A DNA stretch of 64,000 bases from an uncultured bacterium (GTDB lineage Bacteria > Babelota > Babeliae > Babelales > JABCYS01), in NCBI GenBank assembly GCA_963705705.1, contig CAVPKK010000007.1:96001-160000 (forward strand), given 5' to 3'. Numbering within the stretch: position 1 is the first letter of the stretch; the number at the start of each line of letters is the position of its first letter. Below are positions 38,077 through 48,487 of the stretch, in pieces. Both the position numbers and the translations under genes were made by a program. The notes beneath the pieces are model-generated. The model was not told where the DNA came from. It made no database searches and saw only the letters and a list, made by a program, of their open reading frames with translations.

Positions 38077-40041
38077 ATGGATCAGTTAACAAAATTCTTA
38101 GCTTCACTTGCTGCGCTAGCAGGTGCCGGTAGCTATCAGCCTTTACCACCGGTAGGTAGCCAAGCTGGAGGTCAGCCAGTAGCTCCGCGCGTTTGCACAA
38201 CTGGATATGTCACAGATATATATGGCCGTTCTGGTGATGTTATTGATAATTTGGGCATGAAATGCAGTGATGGTACTGACTTAGGTACGATCGGGGGTGC
38301 TGGCGGAAACCCGTTTGCTATTCGAAATGCTGATGGCTTTTCAACTATTAACGTGCTGCCCGGCAACACTATGCTTAACCGAAATTCTTATGCATATACG
38401 TTACATCAAATAGCAGCCATTGCCGATGACGATACTACTATTAGGACTGGAAACAACCCAGCGCCGGGGCAAATTCTGACGTGCCCGTCAGGACAGAAGA
38501 TTGTGGGTTTTGCCGGTCGGAGCAGACAATATGTAGATTCACTTACAGTCCTCTGCGGCCATAGATTTGCCCGACGCCCTGCCTTCGATCAATCAGCACT
38601 ATTAAAAGCTTCATATGGGATCGGCTACCTCAAAAAAAATGTGTTAGGGATCATACGCCGTAGCATTGGAACTAGTTTCATAGTAAATGATCAATTATTC
38701 CAAGGTGATCCCGCACCTGGTCTCATAAAAGAACTATCAATTACCTATCTCGATGCTTCGGGCCAACAAAAAACTGCTACCTTTCAAGAAGGTCGTTTGA
38801 TTGCACTGAGTTCGCTGCATTCCCTAGATACTCAATCGGCGCCATTGGATGAGCGCGCGATCAAAAATAATGCTGAGAATCCAATGCCGGCATATAACTA
38901 CACAAAAGATGCTTATACAATCCAAGTCCGCCCAAATGAAATTAAATTTATAAGAAATAATGAACCTCCCATCCTAAAAGGCTCACCAGAGTTTGCTGAT
39001 CTAAAAAACAAAATGGGCACAGACACTATTCTGGATGCCGCAGAAAGAGGGTTGAATGAACCAATACTATTTTTACAAGCTGCCGGATTTCCTATTGATA
39101 TGAAAGGTGAGGATCATCAAACAGCACTCATGAAAGCAAGCGCCAAAGGTAATGCGAAAGCTGTAAAATTACTATTGAGCCTGGGCGCAGACCCACTCGC
39201 ACGAAATCAAAACGGCCAAACTGCCGTATCGTTAGTAAGCAATGAGGCAGTGAGAAAAATATTTGCTACATATGCCAAGCTTCAATCTGCCAAACATCAG
39301 CAGTCACTGCGAGGCGTAGCGCAAAAAATTATTTCTGGCGAGACGACGGTCACTGGCCAGGAACCAGCCGGGCAAACGATTAAAGAATTTAATGCCGCCA
39401 TTTCTCAACAGCCGATAGTATCGCAAGAAGTAGCAAAAAAAATGCTTTTCTCCGCAACCACAAACAATAGACCTGATCTGGTTGCAGCAGTGATTAATAG
39501 CAAAATACATCCGGATCTAGATGTTAAAGATAGCAATGATGATAATAATACGGCGTTAATGAAAGCAGCTATAAACGGCTACGTAGATATTGCTGATCCA
39601 CTCCTTAAGGCTGGTGCTAATGCGAATGAAAAAAATAAATTTGGCTATACCGCCCTGAGTTTTGCAGCTAAGGTTGGTCATGCAAGAATGGTGCAAAATC
39701 TTATTCAGGCTCATGCCGATCTTAATGCTGTGGCTCAAGATGGCACTACGCCACTCATGCTTGCCATCATAAGTGGCAATGGTTATCCGGAAATCGTGCG
39801 GCTACTGCTCAACGCGGGCGCACATCCAAATAGTAGAAATAGTATAACGAAGCGTACTGTGTTGATGGAAGCTGCGGCCCGCAACAACATGCCCGTCGTA
39901 CAGCAGCTTGTTGCAGCGGGGGCGGATGTAACTCTCGGCTCGTATGATTTGGCACCCGATAAGCACATCTTTCAAGGTACAGTTGCAGCTGGAGAGAAGG
40001 AAAGAAAAGAAAGAATGGCGATCTTATCACATATTGATTAG
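38077..40041 (+). CDS. Multi-domain protein: jacalin-like lectin, small GDP.PG..K.L domain, ankyrin repeats
   Basis: GRSGDVID.L / GGAGG / IVGF.GRS..YVDSL; GDPAPGLIKEL.ITY; about 7 TAL/TPL ankyrin units. Confidence 0.75.
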   Translation: MDQLTKFLASLAALAGAGSYQPLPPVGSQAGGQPVAPRVCTTGYVTDIYGRSGDVIDNLGMKCSDGTDLGTIGGAGGNPFAIRNADGFSTINVLPGNTMLNRNSYAYTLHQIAAIADDDTTIRTGNNPAPGQILTCPSGQKIVGFAGRSRQYVDSLTVLCGHRFARRPAFDQSALLKASYGIGYLKKNVLGIIRRSIGTSFIVNDQLFQGDPAPGLIKELSITYLDASGQQKTATFQEGRLIALSSLHSLDTQSAPLDERAIKNNAENPMPAYNYTKDAYTIQVRPNEIKFIRNNEPPILKGSPEFADLKNKMGTDTILDAAERGLNEPILFLQAAGFPIDMKGEDHQTALMKASAKGNAKAVKLLLSLGADPLARNQNGQTAVSLVSNEAVRKIFATYAKLQSAKHQQSLRGVAQKIISGETTVTGQEPAGQTIKEFNAAISQQPIVSQEVAKKMLFSATTNNRPDLVAAVINSKIHPDLDVKDSNDDNNTALMKAAINGYVDIADPLLKAGANANEKNKFGYTALSFAAKVGHARMVQNLIQAHADLNAVAQDGTTPLMLAIISGNGYPEIVRLLLNAGAHPNSRNSITKRTVLMEAAARNNMPVVQQLVAAGADVTLGSYDLAPDKHIFQGTVAAGEKERKERMAILSHID

Positions 40042-40049
40042 TTCGTTGT

Positions 40050-40781
40050 TCAGTCACGCGGCACGTCATAACCAACTTTAATTATATCACCACCTATTTT
40101 GAGGTTGCGCACAAGCATCCCGCCAATATCTCGAATATTATTTACATGCGTGCCGCCGCACGGGATGCCGAAATGACCATACATTACAATTCGTGCCGGT
40201 TTGCCGTCGGGAAGATTTTCAGGAACAGATCGGCAAATCTTCTTCATCTCTTCTTTGCTCATGAAATTCAATTTCACCTCTGCACCTTCTTGGATCAGTT
40301 TCTTCGCTTCTTCTTCAATTTTTTTTCTTAGCTCTTCTCTATCCCAACCTTCTAGGCTGCCAGTGTATTCAACATATGGCCCATCAGGAAAATGATATGC
40401 TTTGCCAGGTTTCCAATCCAACCCGAGCGCATCAACAGCCATATCAATCACATGGCCGGCGGCATGTAGTTTGCAGTTGAGTTCCCTGCGCGCTGCATCA
40501 ACCTCACATTGCACCACATCACCCTTTTTAAATTCACCATGATCAAATGAGCCAATGTGTTTTACTATGCCATCCGCAAAACGAACTTCGGCAACTATAA
40601 AACGACCCAGCGGCCCATAAATAACACCCTTATCATATGGCTGCCCACCGCCCTGGGGATAAAAAATTGTTTCGTTTAAAAGAACAACGGTGCGATTATT
40701 TTCCTGAAAAACATCTTCGACAATTGCAGGGCTTTGGAGGAGATTAAAATCTTCCATGTAGAGTAATTTTGTTGGTTGCAT
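40050..40781 (-). CDS. Free-standing alanyl-tRNA editing protein AlaX
   Basis: TIFYPQGGGQP.D.G, HAAGH, PCGGTHV. Confidence 0.9.
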   Translation of the reverse strand: MQPTKLLYMEDFNLLQSPAIVEDVFQENNRTVVLLNETIFYPQGGGQPYDKGVIYGPLGRFIVAEVRFADGIVKHIGSFDHGEFKKGDVVQCEVDAARRELNCKLHAAGHVIDMAVDALGLDWKPGKAYHFPDGPYVEYTGSLEGWDREELRKKIEEEAKKLIQEGAEVKLNFMSKEEMKKICRSVPENLPDGKPARIVMYGHFGIPCGGTHVNNIRDIGGMLVRNLKIGGDIIKVGYDVPRD

Positions 40782-40867
40782 ATTGATTCCAGTTAGAGGT
40801 AAAAGTTTTATGATAAGAATCTATCATCAGCTGAAAAATAAGTATGCCTATGGAATTTACCAGCGCA

Positions 40868-40900
40868 CAAAAAAAGGGAGGGGATTTTAGCTCCCTCCCC
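40868..40900 (-). terminator. Intrinsic terminator after the Vps62-like gene
   Basis: ggggaggga-loop-cccctccc followed by a T run. Confidence 0.6.
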
Positions 40901-40912
40901 CGTATCACTGTG

Positions 40913-42865
40913 TTAATCCCACTCTCCAGCTGGTGGTTTAGCCGCCGGCAATTTCTTAGCGATGCAAGAAATATATGCGCCGTCTTTTCCCTCAGTTGGG
41001 TTTTCGCAGAACTGAGCCGCCTCATATTTTTGCCCAATATCGCCAGAAACATTCATAAACCAACCTTGTTTTATTGGTGCACTCACGCCACGTCGGCCCA
41101 TTGAGCCTGGCATAACCACCCAACCCATGGTTTTTGGATTAAAGCGTGGGTCTTCAGGCGGATAGAAGCGCACAAGCTTTGGCGTCCAGCGAACATCTTT
41201 ACCGGTAATATCATTAGCAATACCAAAAATACGTACATAGGTACCAGACTTTGGATAATCGCCATGACCACCACGGGCCACAAAGGTTACAGGATGCGTT
41301 CCCTCATATTGAATATCTGGGTGGTGCGCATCAAGCCATAAGCCTTCCGTAGATCCATGCGCGGCATAGAAGATACGCTTAATGTTCTTTGTATTCTTAT
41401 CAATTTCAATGGTAACGTGCTCGTAGTCTGCCTCATGCGCATTTTGCACATCAAACACATCACCCGTGAATGGGCCAATGTCGTACGGACCATTAAATCC
41501 ATAGAAATAGGTGTAATAGATATAGATATTTCCGTTCTGCTCCGAGGTCGCTACATAGCATGGCGTGGTTAAATTACCTTCGGCATCCTTATTGAGCGCA
41601 GGATTTGAGCCATAATCTGCACAGCGCGGGTTATTAAAATAGACCTCTTCATAGTTAATTGAGCCAGTGACCGGCTGCGCACTCTTATAATCGATGACGC
41701 GATTTAAGAACGCCAGGCGTGCATTTGCTTTAGCGAGCTGTTCATTCGCCAATTTCTTGCCATTTATCTGCTCATCAAGTTTCTTCTTCTCGGCCGTAAA
41801 TGCTGGCAAGCGCGACTGACGGTAGAGTTCAAACACATTGTCGAATGTCACCTTACCTGCTGGAATGACGGTCTTGCCTGAACTGCGGTCAAGGATAGAT
41901 GTTTGCGGCCCTAGGCACCATTCGGTGATCCACATAGGGTAGTACAACTCTTCCTTTTCAATATAGGAAACTGGAGCATACTTTTTGATATAAGGAATAA
42001 GACCTTCAATATCCTCTTTTTGGACGTCAGGATCATCTACGGTTGCCACATCATGCAACGATGCTGGCACATTGGGGCAATATTCCGGCACTAATTTTTT
42101 ACCAAACCAATTTCTAAACGCTTGGGCACTAATTTTGCTAAAGAGCAACACCTCGCCGGCCGCTGGTACAATCCCTTTTTTAACGATTGTACCAACAATG
42201 CCTTTTTTCCAAACGGTACCTTTTAAACCTTCGTTATATAGTTTGTTTGCAACAAAATCCTGACTCGAGGATGCCATTTCTTTGAATACGTTGGCTGCTT
42301 TGTCTGCCGATTCTTTTACCTTGGCGCTTGCATCGGCAAAAGCCTTTTTAAGATCATCTGCTGCATCATTAAAACTGGACTTCATTTTTCCAGCAACTTC
42401 GGTGGCTTTCTTTGCAACCGTTTCAGCCGTCTCGGATACTTTTCTTGTAGCTCTTTTACCTGCCCAACTTGCGGCGTTATAGCCAACCAAGCTGTTACCT
42501 TCTTGGCCTATATAAAACTCATCACCTCTGGTGTTGCCAACATTTACAAAGGGAAGGGCAGAACTGCCTATCTGCTCTTTAAGATCATCTGATTTGAACG
42601 ACAGGTAGAGATTTCGATCGGCGTATTGCACACATTTGCCAACTACTTTTCTTTTGCATTCACGATCCGGACGAATTACTTTTACCGTATCATGCGGTGG
42701 GACATTATAGGCATAACCGAAACGTTTACCGGTACCATCAGGCACAATGTAGATGGCCAGGTATACCTTCTGATCTGTTTCATTGTGTACCGTAATGGTA
42801 TCGGCATGTAGGCTATAGGCCATAGCCAAAATACCTACAATAGTAATACGATTAAATATAGACAT
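40913..42865 (-). CDS. Exported protein with C-terminal Vps62-like domain
   Basis: Signal-like start MSIFNRITIVGILAMA; YTYFYGFNG, HEADYEHVTI, FYAAHG, HP.TFVARGGHG.YP. Confidence 0.7.
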   Translation of the reverse strand: MSIFNRITIVGILAMAYSLHADTITVHNETDQKVYLAIYIVPDGTGKRFGYAYNVPPHDTVKVIRPDRECKRKVVGKCVQYADRNLYLSFKSDDLKEQIGSSALPFVNVGNTRGDEFYIGQEGNSLVGYNAASWAGKRATRKVSETAETVAKKATEVAGKMKSSFNDAADDLKKAFADASAKVKESADKAANVFKEMASSSQDFVANKLYNEGLKGTVWKKGIVGTIVKKGIVPAAGEVLLFSKISAQAFRNWFGKKLVPEYCPNVPASLHDVATVDDPDVQKEDIEGLIPYIKKYAPVSYIEKEELYYPMWITEWCLGPQTSILDRSSGKTVIPAGKVTFDNVFELYRQSRLPAFTAEKKKLDEQINGKKLANEQLAKANARLAFLNRVIDYKSAQPVTGSINYEEVYFNNPRCADYGSNPALNKDAEGNLTTPCYVATSEQNGNIYIYYTYFYGFNGPYDIGPFTGDVFDVQNAHEADYEHVTIEIDKNTKNIKRIFYAAHGSTEGLWLDAHHPDIQYEGTHPVTFVARGGHGDYPKSGTYVRIFGIANDITGKDVRWTPKLVRFYPPEDPRFNPKTMGWVVMPGSMGRRGVSAPIKQGWFMNVSGDIGQKYEAAQFCENPTEGKDGAYISCIAKKLPAAKPPAGEWD

Positions 42866-43007
42866 ATCTCTCCAGCTGCTGTGCAATCTGTATGACAACA
42901 GATCTTTTATTTATTCTTCCTTTTTCAAGGCGTCATGTTAAGGGTATAACAAAAGCTAAAGCAGAAAAGCAAGATATATTTATTTTATTGCGCCCTGTCG
43001 ACAAAAA

Positions 43008-43880
43008 TCAGGTAAGCAACCGAGAAGCAATGAGTCTATTATGCAACATTGGATTTGCGACAACCATGGTATTGTAGGTTGGCGTAATAAGTGAGCCATC
43101 AAATTCCGTTGCAATGCCGCCCGCCTCGGTGACCAGTAAACAGCCGGCTGCAATATCCCACCAGTAGAGTTGCTCAAGAACAAGACCATCATATCTGCCG
43201 CATGCGACATAGGCTAAATCCAAGGCTGCCGCGCCAAATAATCTTAAGGAAGAAGCAGTTTGGCTGAGATCAGTGATGGTGCGCTCAAAAAAGCGGCGGG
43301 ATTCCGGATTCTTTTTGTAGGGAATACAAAAGACCATGAAGCTTTCTTCAATCGTTTTTGTTGCTGAAACCGAAACCTTCTGGCCATTCAAGAATGTGCC
43401 CTTGCCAAGCTCGGCCACAAATAACTCATCAAGCAATGGCTGATAGACCCAAGCCATGATCGGCTTATTCTGATCAACTAATGCAACGGAAATACAAAAG
43501 TGCGGAAGCCCATATGTAAAATTGGTTGTACCATCCAAGGGATCTATTACAAATCGATGATCGGTCGGCCCCCGCTGACCAGATTCCATTCGATCAGCAT
43601 GCATGTGCTCTTCAGCAACGAACCCAATGTTTGACACTAGCCTACTCAGCGCTTCAATCAAAAATTTCTCACTTGCAATATCGGCTTCTGTTACAAACCC
43701 TGCCTCTTTTTTGGCTATGTGTTTGAGTGGTTTAAAACGATAGCTTAAAACCACTCGCCCTGCTTGGCGCATAATGGTGGGCACAGAATCGCGCAGAAGC
43801 TGAATTTGTTCAGACGTTAATATCACCAAAAAGCTCCTTAATATTTGATCATGACTGCCGCCATCATACATTAACATCAT
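43008..43880 (-). CDS. suhB: Inositol monophosphatase family protein (start may be ~60 nt downstream)
   Basis: VTEAD, AEE, IDPLDGTTNF, GAAALDLAYVA.G, WDIAAG. Confidence 0.9.
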   Translation of the reverse strand: MMLMYDGGSHDQILRSFLVILTSEQIQLLRDSVPTIMRQAGRVVLSYRFKPLKHIAKKEAGFVTEADIASEKFLIEALSRLVSNIGFVAEEHMHADRMESGQRGPTDHRFVIDPLDGTTNFTYGLPHFCISVALVDQNKPIMAWVYQPLLDELFVAELGKGTFLNGQKVSVSATKTIEESFMVFCIPYKKNPESRRFFERTITDLSQTASSLRLFGAAALDLAYVACGRYDGLVLEQLYWWDIAAGCLLVTEAGGIATEFDGSLITPTYNTMVVANPMLHNRLIASRLLT

Positions 43881-44024
43881 AAGCTGGTCAGGAAATATTC
43901 AATATTTTATACCTAAATATAGACGAACTTCGCATAAACGGGTTATGTTTCCAACGAGACTAGGATTTGGTAATGTATACATCCCCCTACAAGGATAAAG
44001 CCACGTAATTTTTGGATTGAATAT

Positions 44025-45461
44025 ATGGCTATGATTTACACACTATTAATTGCCTCTGCACTTCTCATTTCAAATAACGCACTGTTTGCACAAACTGCAG
44101 CTCCTGAAGCTGGAGAGGTTCATGCCTCTGCGGAAGCGAAAAAAAAACGCAAAGTTGTTACGATCGCAACGAAGCTCGGCCATGCTCATGATTTAAGGGT
44201 GAGGCCCCAACCATTGCCCAGCGGAAAAGAATGGGTTGATTGGATATCTTCACTGCCCGACGATGAGAACATACTGAATCAAATAGCCATTGCCGCCAAA
44301 AAAAGTAAGCGGCCGTTTAGTGAATTACGTGAAAATGGCGATCTATATTTTACTGAAATTCATACCGATAAACGTTTTTTTGACAAAACTAATAGCTCAC
44401 TAGGAGCCCAATCTCGTACCTTAACCACACTATCTGAGATTAGGCGCTACCCATTACGATTATCACGAAGTGGGAGCTCGTTGAATATCGGATTGCTAAA
44501 CGAAACTACCGTGGGCCAAACAGCAGAACAAATACAGGATTCTATCACCAGGCAGGCATGTAAATTCCGCCCCTATGCAATAGCTCTGGTATTAGGGAAT
44601 TGCCTATGGCCCAAAGAGGACGAACGACATTGCGATGCACCATTATCAACAACGCGATTAGCGAAACTCTGGGCAATGAATCAACGCGAAGCATTTGAAC
44701 TACTGCTCGAAAAAGCCCGCTTTATAGAAAAGGCCTATGAGATTTATGTAGCGGTTAAAGAACAAGATATTGCTCTGCCTACAATTTCGGCCGAACAAAT
44801 ATTTTCTCTCAGATCAGAATTTTTTAATCTGCAGGTTACAGATATCAAATCCGTGGAATCACTCGGCAACGAATGCGCTTTCGATGATGTGATTCTCAGG
44901 ACCATTAAATCGCATATACATTGCCTGCGAAATGCACGAGATAATAAAAATGATAACGTTATTCGGTGTCACCAGCTCGCCGCTGCGCGGAAAGAGTTTA
45001 TGCAATTCTTGGAACAGAGAACACAAGAATTACAGGCCAATAAGAATCAACTAACCCGCTTAAAAAATCAGGCAAAAGATTGGATTGAATCGATAAAATT
45101 CGAGACATCTGAGAATTCCAAAGATGCAGAATTGGCCACGAAGAAAGCAGAAGTTCGTATGCTCACCCAGATGCTGAAGTATTTGGCCTTGCGGCGGTCA
45201 GAGTATTTGCAAGAAATGAGTAGGTTAGAGATTTCAGATATTCCCTCACCATCGCCTTCACCTTTCAGCGATTTTTCTCCTGCAATATCTACACAAACCG
45301 ATTTAACACCTACTCTTCCTGAAGCCCCTTCATTTGAGCCCCGGGCAAGTGTTAAAGTCAGTCATGAAAACGAGCCAGCCAATTCAAAAAAAAAGAATGA
45401 CCCTTCATCTAGGATAACAACCGGAAACATTAAGCGGAGTGCTTCAAGCCCGGTCCGTTAA
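44025..45461 (+). CDS. Exported hypothetical protein with coiled coil and Ser/Pro-rich tail
   Basis: Signal peptide, KKKRK basic patch, heptad region. Confidence 0.7.
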   Translation: MAMIYTLLIASALLISNNALFAQTAAPEAGEVHASAEAKKKRKVVTIATKLGHAHDLRVRPQPLPSGKEWVDWISSLPDDENILNQIAIAAKKSKRPFSELRENGDLYFTEIHTDKRFFDKTNSSLGAQSRTLTTLSEIRRYPLRLSRSGSSLNIGLLNETTVGQTAEQIQDSITRQACKFRPYAIALVLGNCLWPKEDERHCDAPLSTTRLAKLWAMNQREAFELLLEKARFIEKAYEIYVAVKEQDIALPTISAEQIFSLRSEFFNLQVTDIKSVESLGNECAFDDVILRTIKSHIHCLRNARDNKNDNVIRCHQLAAARKEFMQFLEQRTQELQANKNQLTRLKNQAKDWIESIKFETSENSKDAELATKKAEVRMLTQMLKYLALRRSEYLQEMSRLEISDIPSPSPSPFSDFSPAISTQTDLTPTLPEAPSFEPRASVKVSHENEPANSKKKNDPSSRITTGNIKRSASSPVR

Positions 45462-46712
45462 CTGACGCTTTTTCAACATGACCAATTTAAGATGTTGGCC
45501 CAATAGTGGTTGATCATCATCGCCGTTTTCATTGGGCTGAACAGCCACAGGCGCTGGTTGCAAATCCAAAATATATTGAGCGGTATCGGCAGGTAGAGGT
45601 TCAGCTGCCAAATAACCAAGAACAATTGATAAAGAATCAGGCAATGCACGATCAAGCGGTCTGTACACAAGTTGATAATTACGCACGTAATTCTTCAAAC
45701 GCGCAAGCAAACGCGGGTTTTTTTCAACATGCGAAAGCATACCCATTCCCATTTGAAAAACGATTGAACTAGGATCAGCGGCGGTGGTTAATAGAATTCC
45801 CAGCTTTTCGCCATTGATTGTTTTATGTACCATCTTTTCAAACGTACTTATATCTCGGCATGCAGGTCCAGGCAGCCATTGCCATCTATGTACAGCCGGG
45901 GTTTTTGCCAATTCTTCTGCAATCACCTGCATAATTTCTGGTGTGCCGTTGCATAAGGCTTGTTCAAGTAGATCAAACATGTCTTGGGTAGACGGAAGAG
46001 ATGAATTCTCATCTGGATGCTGTTGAAGATAATGAGCATCAACAGATGGCTGTATTTTCTTTAATGCTTGAATGAGCAAGTGTGCAATAATAGGATAATT
46101 TTCATATCTCCGCAGGACTGGCAAAGCAAAGTATCGGAATAATGGCGCGGCACTTTTGCGACCAGCAGATGATACGCACAGGCTCGAGCAGTCCATTAGT
46201 AAGCGCAGCGTATTTTTGAGAATCCCACATTGATTTTTAAGTTCGTCTATGGGCTTACCTTCTATTTGTGTCATCGGAACAAGTAACAACTCAACCATTT
46301 CGATGTCACCGTCGATTACACCCAATGCCAATGGACTCTTATCATAAATTAAATTCTCTATGCCATAACGATATTTATTCATCAGGGCATGAAAAATAAA
46401 AATTTTACCCGGCTTGTCATTGACGCAATTTAGGTATTGCGGACGGTCTTTTGTCAGCATAAATCCAAGAGCACGCGCATTGATTATATGCGCCGGATGA
46501 GCTGGCTTTGGTGCCGGTTTAGCTTTTTCTTGCTCCTTATGCTCTAATTTCTCGTCATCATCTCCGCCAGCATATGCCGCGTAACAGTAACTGCTAAAAC
46601 CTGTTAATGACGAACTTGCCGCCAGGGGGTGATGATTATTGGCAATTATAAAGCCGACTGACAGTGTTAATAGCAATGTAAGTGATACATATTTCAACAT
46701 TTTTAATTCCAT
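45444..46712 (-). CDS. Exported ankyrin-like effector family, member 1
   Basis: Signal peptide; INARAL, ENYP.I, GTPEI.Q.IAE, GEKLGILL, LLARLK.YVR motifs. Confidence 0.8.
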   Translation of the reverse strand: MELKMLKYVSLTLLLTLSVGFIIANNHHPLAASSSLTGFSSYCYAAYAGGDDDEKLEHKEQEKAKPAPKPAHPAHIINARALGFMLTKDRPQYLNCVNDKPGKIFIFHALMNKYRYGIENLIYDKSPLALGVIDGDIEMVELLLVPMTQIEGKPIDELKNQCGILKNTLRLLMDCSSLCVSSAGRKSAAPLFRYFALPVLRRYENYPIIAHLLIQALKKIQPSVDAHYLQQHPDENSSLPSTQDMFDLLEQALCNGTPEIMQVIAEELAKTPAVHRWQWLPGPACRDISTFEKMVHKTINGEKLGILLTTAADPSSIVFQMGMGMLSHVEKNPRLLARLKNYVRNYQLVYRPLDRALPDSLSIVLGYLAAEPLPADTAQYILDLQPAPVAVQPNENGDDDQPLLGQHLKLVMLKKRQLTDRA

Positions 46713-46719
46713 TTAAATC

Positions 46720-48477
46720 TTACTGATTATTTCGTTCCATATTTTGCAGATGCTGCAACAATCCTTGCTCGGCAGGTTCCGCCTCTGGCGCTGGTTCCAA
46801 CTGTCCCAGCAGTCGTTCTCGTTCCAAAAGACCAAGGCGCTGAACTAATTGATGTTCTGTTTCATTTCTATCCTCAGTCAATGGTTCCATTGCCAAAATA
46901 TGTCGTGCTATATCGACAGGTATTTGAGCTTCCTCATACCGTGAAATGAGATCTGATATAACTGGCAGATGGTGCTGACTAAGGAGGTTAAGCCGTGGCT
47001 GGTTGTTCGCTTGTTGAGCTCGTACATACGCCTTGAGCCGTGCAAGCAAGGTTGGATTTCGTTGAATGTGATTAAGCAACTCTCTGTTCATCCGATATCC
47101 CATCGAACCAGGATCAGATACATTTGAGAAGGTTGCCAGAAGAAAGCCAATTCTTTCGCCTGAAATGAATTGGCGGGCCATGGCCTCAGATAAACCACTG
47201 ACTTGAGGTAACCGCGCAAACAGCCCTGGAGACCCAACCCTCGCCGCTAAGCCTTCAGCCTGAACCATCCTGGTCGCAAAAGCTTCGGTCCAAAGATTAG
47301 ACAACTCGGGCGCCCCGTAGAGAGAAAAAGGCAATCCAGCACTAAAGGATGGTAGTTTTAGAAAGGGTCTATTATTTTGAATATGATCTTCGTCTAGAAC
47401 AGGCAAAATCTTGTTTTGAGCTGCCAAAAGCATTCTAAGTATGTCAGGATAATTTTCCTGGCTTGGTTTCTCTGGAAAACCTATGTGCGCAAACAGTTCA
47501 TCAGCAAAGCTTGTATCAACAACATGGCTACTAACAAAAATCCGATCTATTGCATCCCCAATAATAGATTTAGCATTTTTATATGCTTCAATATCATTGC
47601 GATCCAGTCTGGAAGTCATTGCATCCAATAATAGTTCGACAACATCAGCATGTCCGCCAACGGCCGCTAATGATAAAGCGGTTTGCCTTACCAAACTCAA
47701 TAAATTGCTCAGTTCATAGTTTGTGACAGCATCACGCAACAGAATTTGTTTTTCAGCTAGGTAAGGTCGTCTAAATTCTTTTGCACGAACCCTCTCAAAT
47801 AGCTGGCATATCGCCCGTGCATTAATTGTTGCTTCAGGATTTATCATGCCTGGCAGCAACCTATTGCAGAATTCAAGGCGGCCGCCATCTTCTGCTGCAA
47901 GAGATTGTCGAGCTAATTGCACATCTCCTGCCGCGGCCGCCCGCATTAATGGAGTCTCAAGAAAAGCATTCGGGCCTTGCTCAGGCTGCTTGCTTTCTTG
48001 ATCCGGCATTTGCCTTTGTTCCGGCCCATTTTGAACTTGAGGTCCAACGCCTATGGCATATGATCGAGATGCTGGTGAGCTGCTATTGCTTAGACTAGAT
48101 GAAGGCTTTCGAGCTGGTTCCTGCTTCTTTTCCTCTTCCCGATCGCCCTGAGGATTCGACAGGCTCATTGGTAAACGTCCTTCGATATTTGACGTCGAAT
48201 CGTTTACTCCTGAGTAGCCGATAGGCGTATCGAAGGATCGAAGGGGCTGCTCATTTTTTTCCGCCTTGAGCGTCGCGATCTCACGCAATAACTCTTGCTC
48301 TCGTGTTTCACGCTGCCGTTGCTCAGCTTGCATGGCCATCATTTGTTGCTGCATTGCCAACATCTGTTGTTGCATTGCGGCCAACAAATCAGGTGTAGGA
48401 TTATTATTAGTTGCTAGCGCACATACTGGCGCCAGTAATAAGGTGAATATTAATTTTTTCAACATTTTTAATTCCAT
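46720..48477 (-). CDS. Exported ankyrin-like effector family, member 2
   Basis: TPDLLAAMQQQM, SYAIG, TPLMRAAAAG, TALSLAAVGGH. Confidence 0.85.
   Translation of the reverse strand: MELKMLKKLIFTLLLAPVCALATNNNPTPDLLAAMQQQMLAMQQQMMAMQAEQRQRETREQELLREIATLKAEKNEQPLRSFDTPIGYSGVNDSTSNIEGRLPMSLSNPQGDREEEKKQEPARKPSSSLSNSSSPASRSYAIGVGPQVQNGPEQRQMPDQESKQPEQGPNAFLETPLMRAAAAGDVQLARQSLAAEDGGRLEFCNRLLPGMINPEATINARAICQLFERVRAKEFRRPYLAEKQILLRDAVTNYELSNLLSLVRQTALSLAAVGGHADVVELLLDAMTSRLDRNDIEAYKNAKSIIGDAIDRIFVSSHVVDTSFADELFAHIGFPEKPSQENYPDILRMLLAAQNKILPVLDEDHIQNNRPFLKLPSFSAGLPFSLYGAPELSNLWTEAFATRMVQAEGLAARVGSPGLFARLPQVSGLSEAMARQFISGERIGFLLATFSNVSDPGSMGYRMNRELLNHIQRNPTLLARLKAYVRAQQANNQPRLNLLSQHHLPVISDLISRYEEAQIPVDIARHILAMEPLTEDRNETEHQLVQRLGLLERERLLGQLEPAPEAEPAEQGLLQHLQNMERNNQ
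48155..48245. repeat. Cluster of family A palindrome pieces inside the member 2 coding linker
   Basis: + strand cgtttactcctgagta-gcc-gata-ggc-gtatcgaaggatcgaaggg (48201-48245); - strand cgtttaccaatgagcctgtcgaa. Confidence 0.7.
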
Positions 48478-48487
48478 TTAAATCTTA

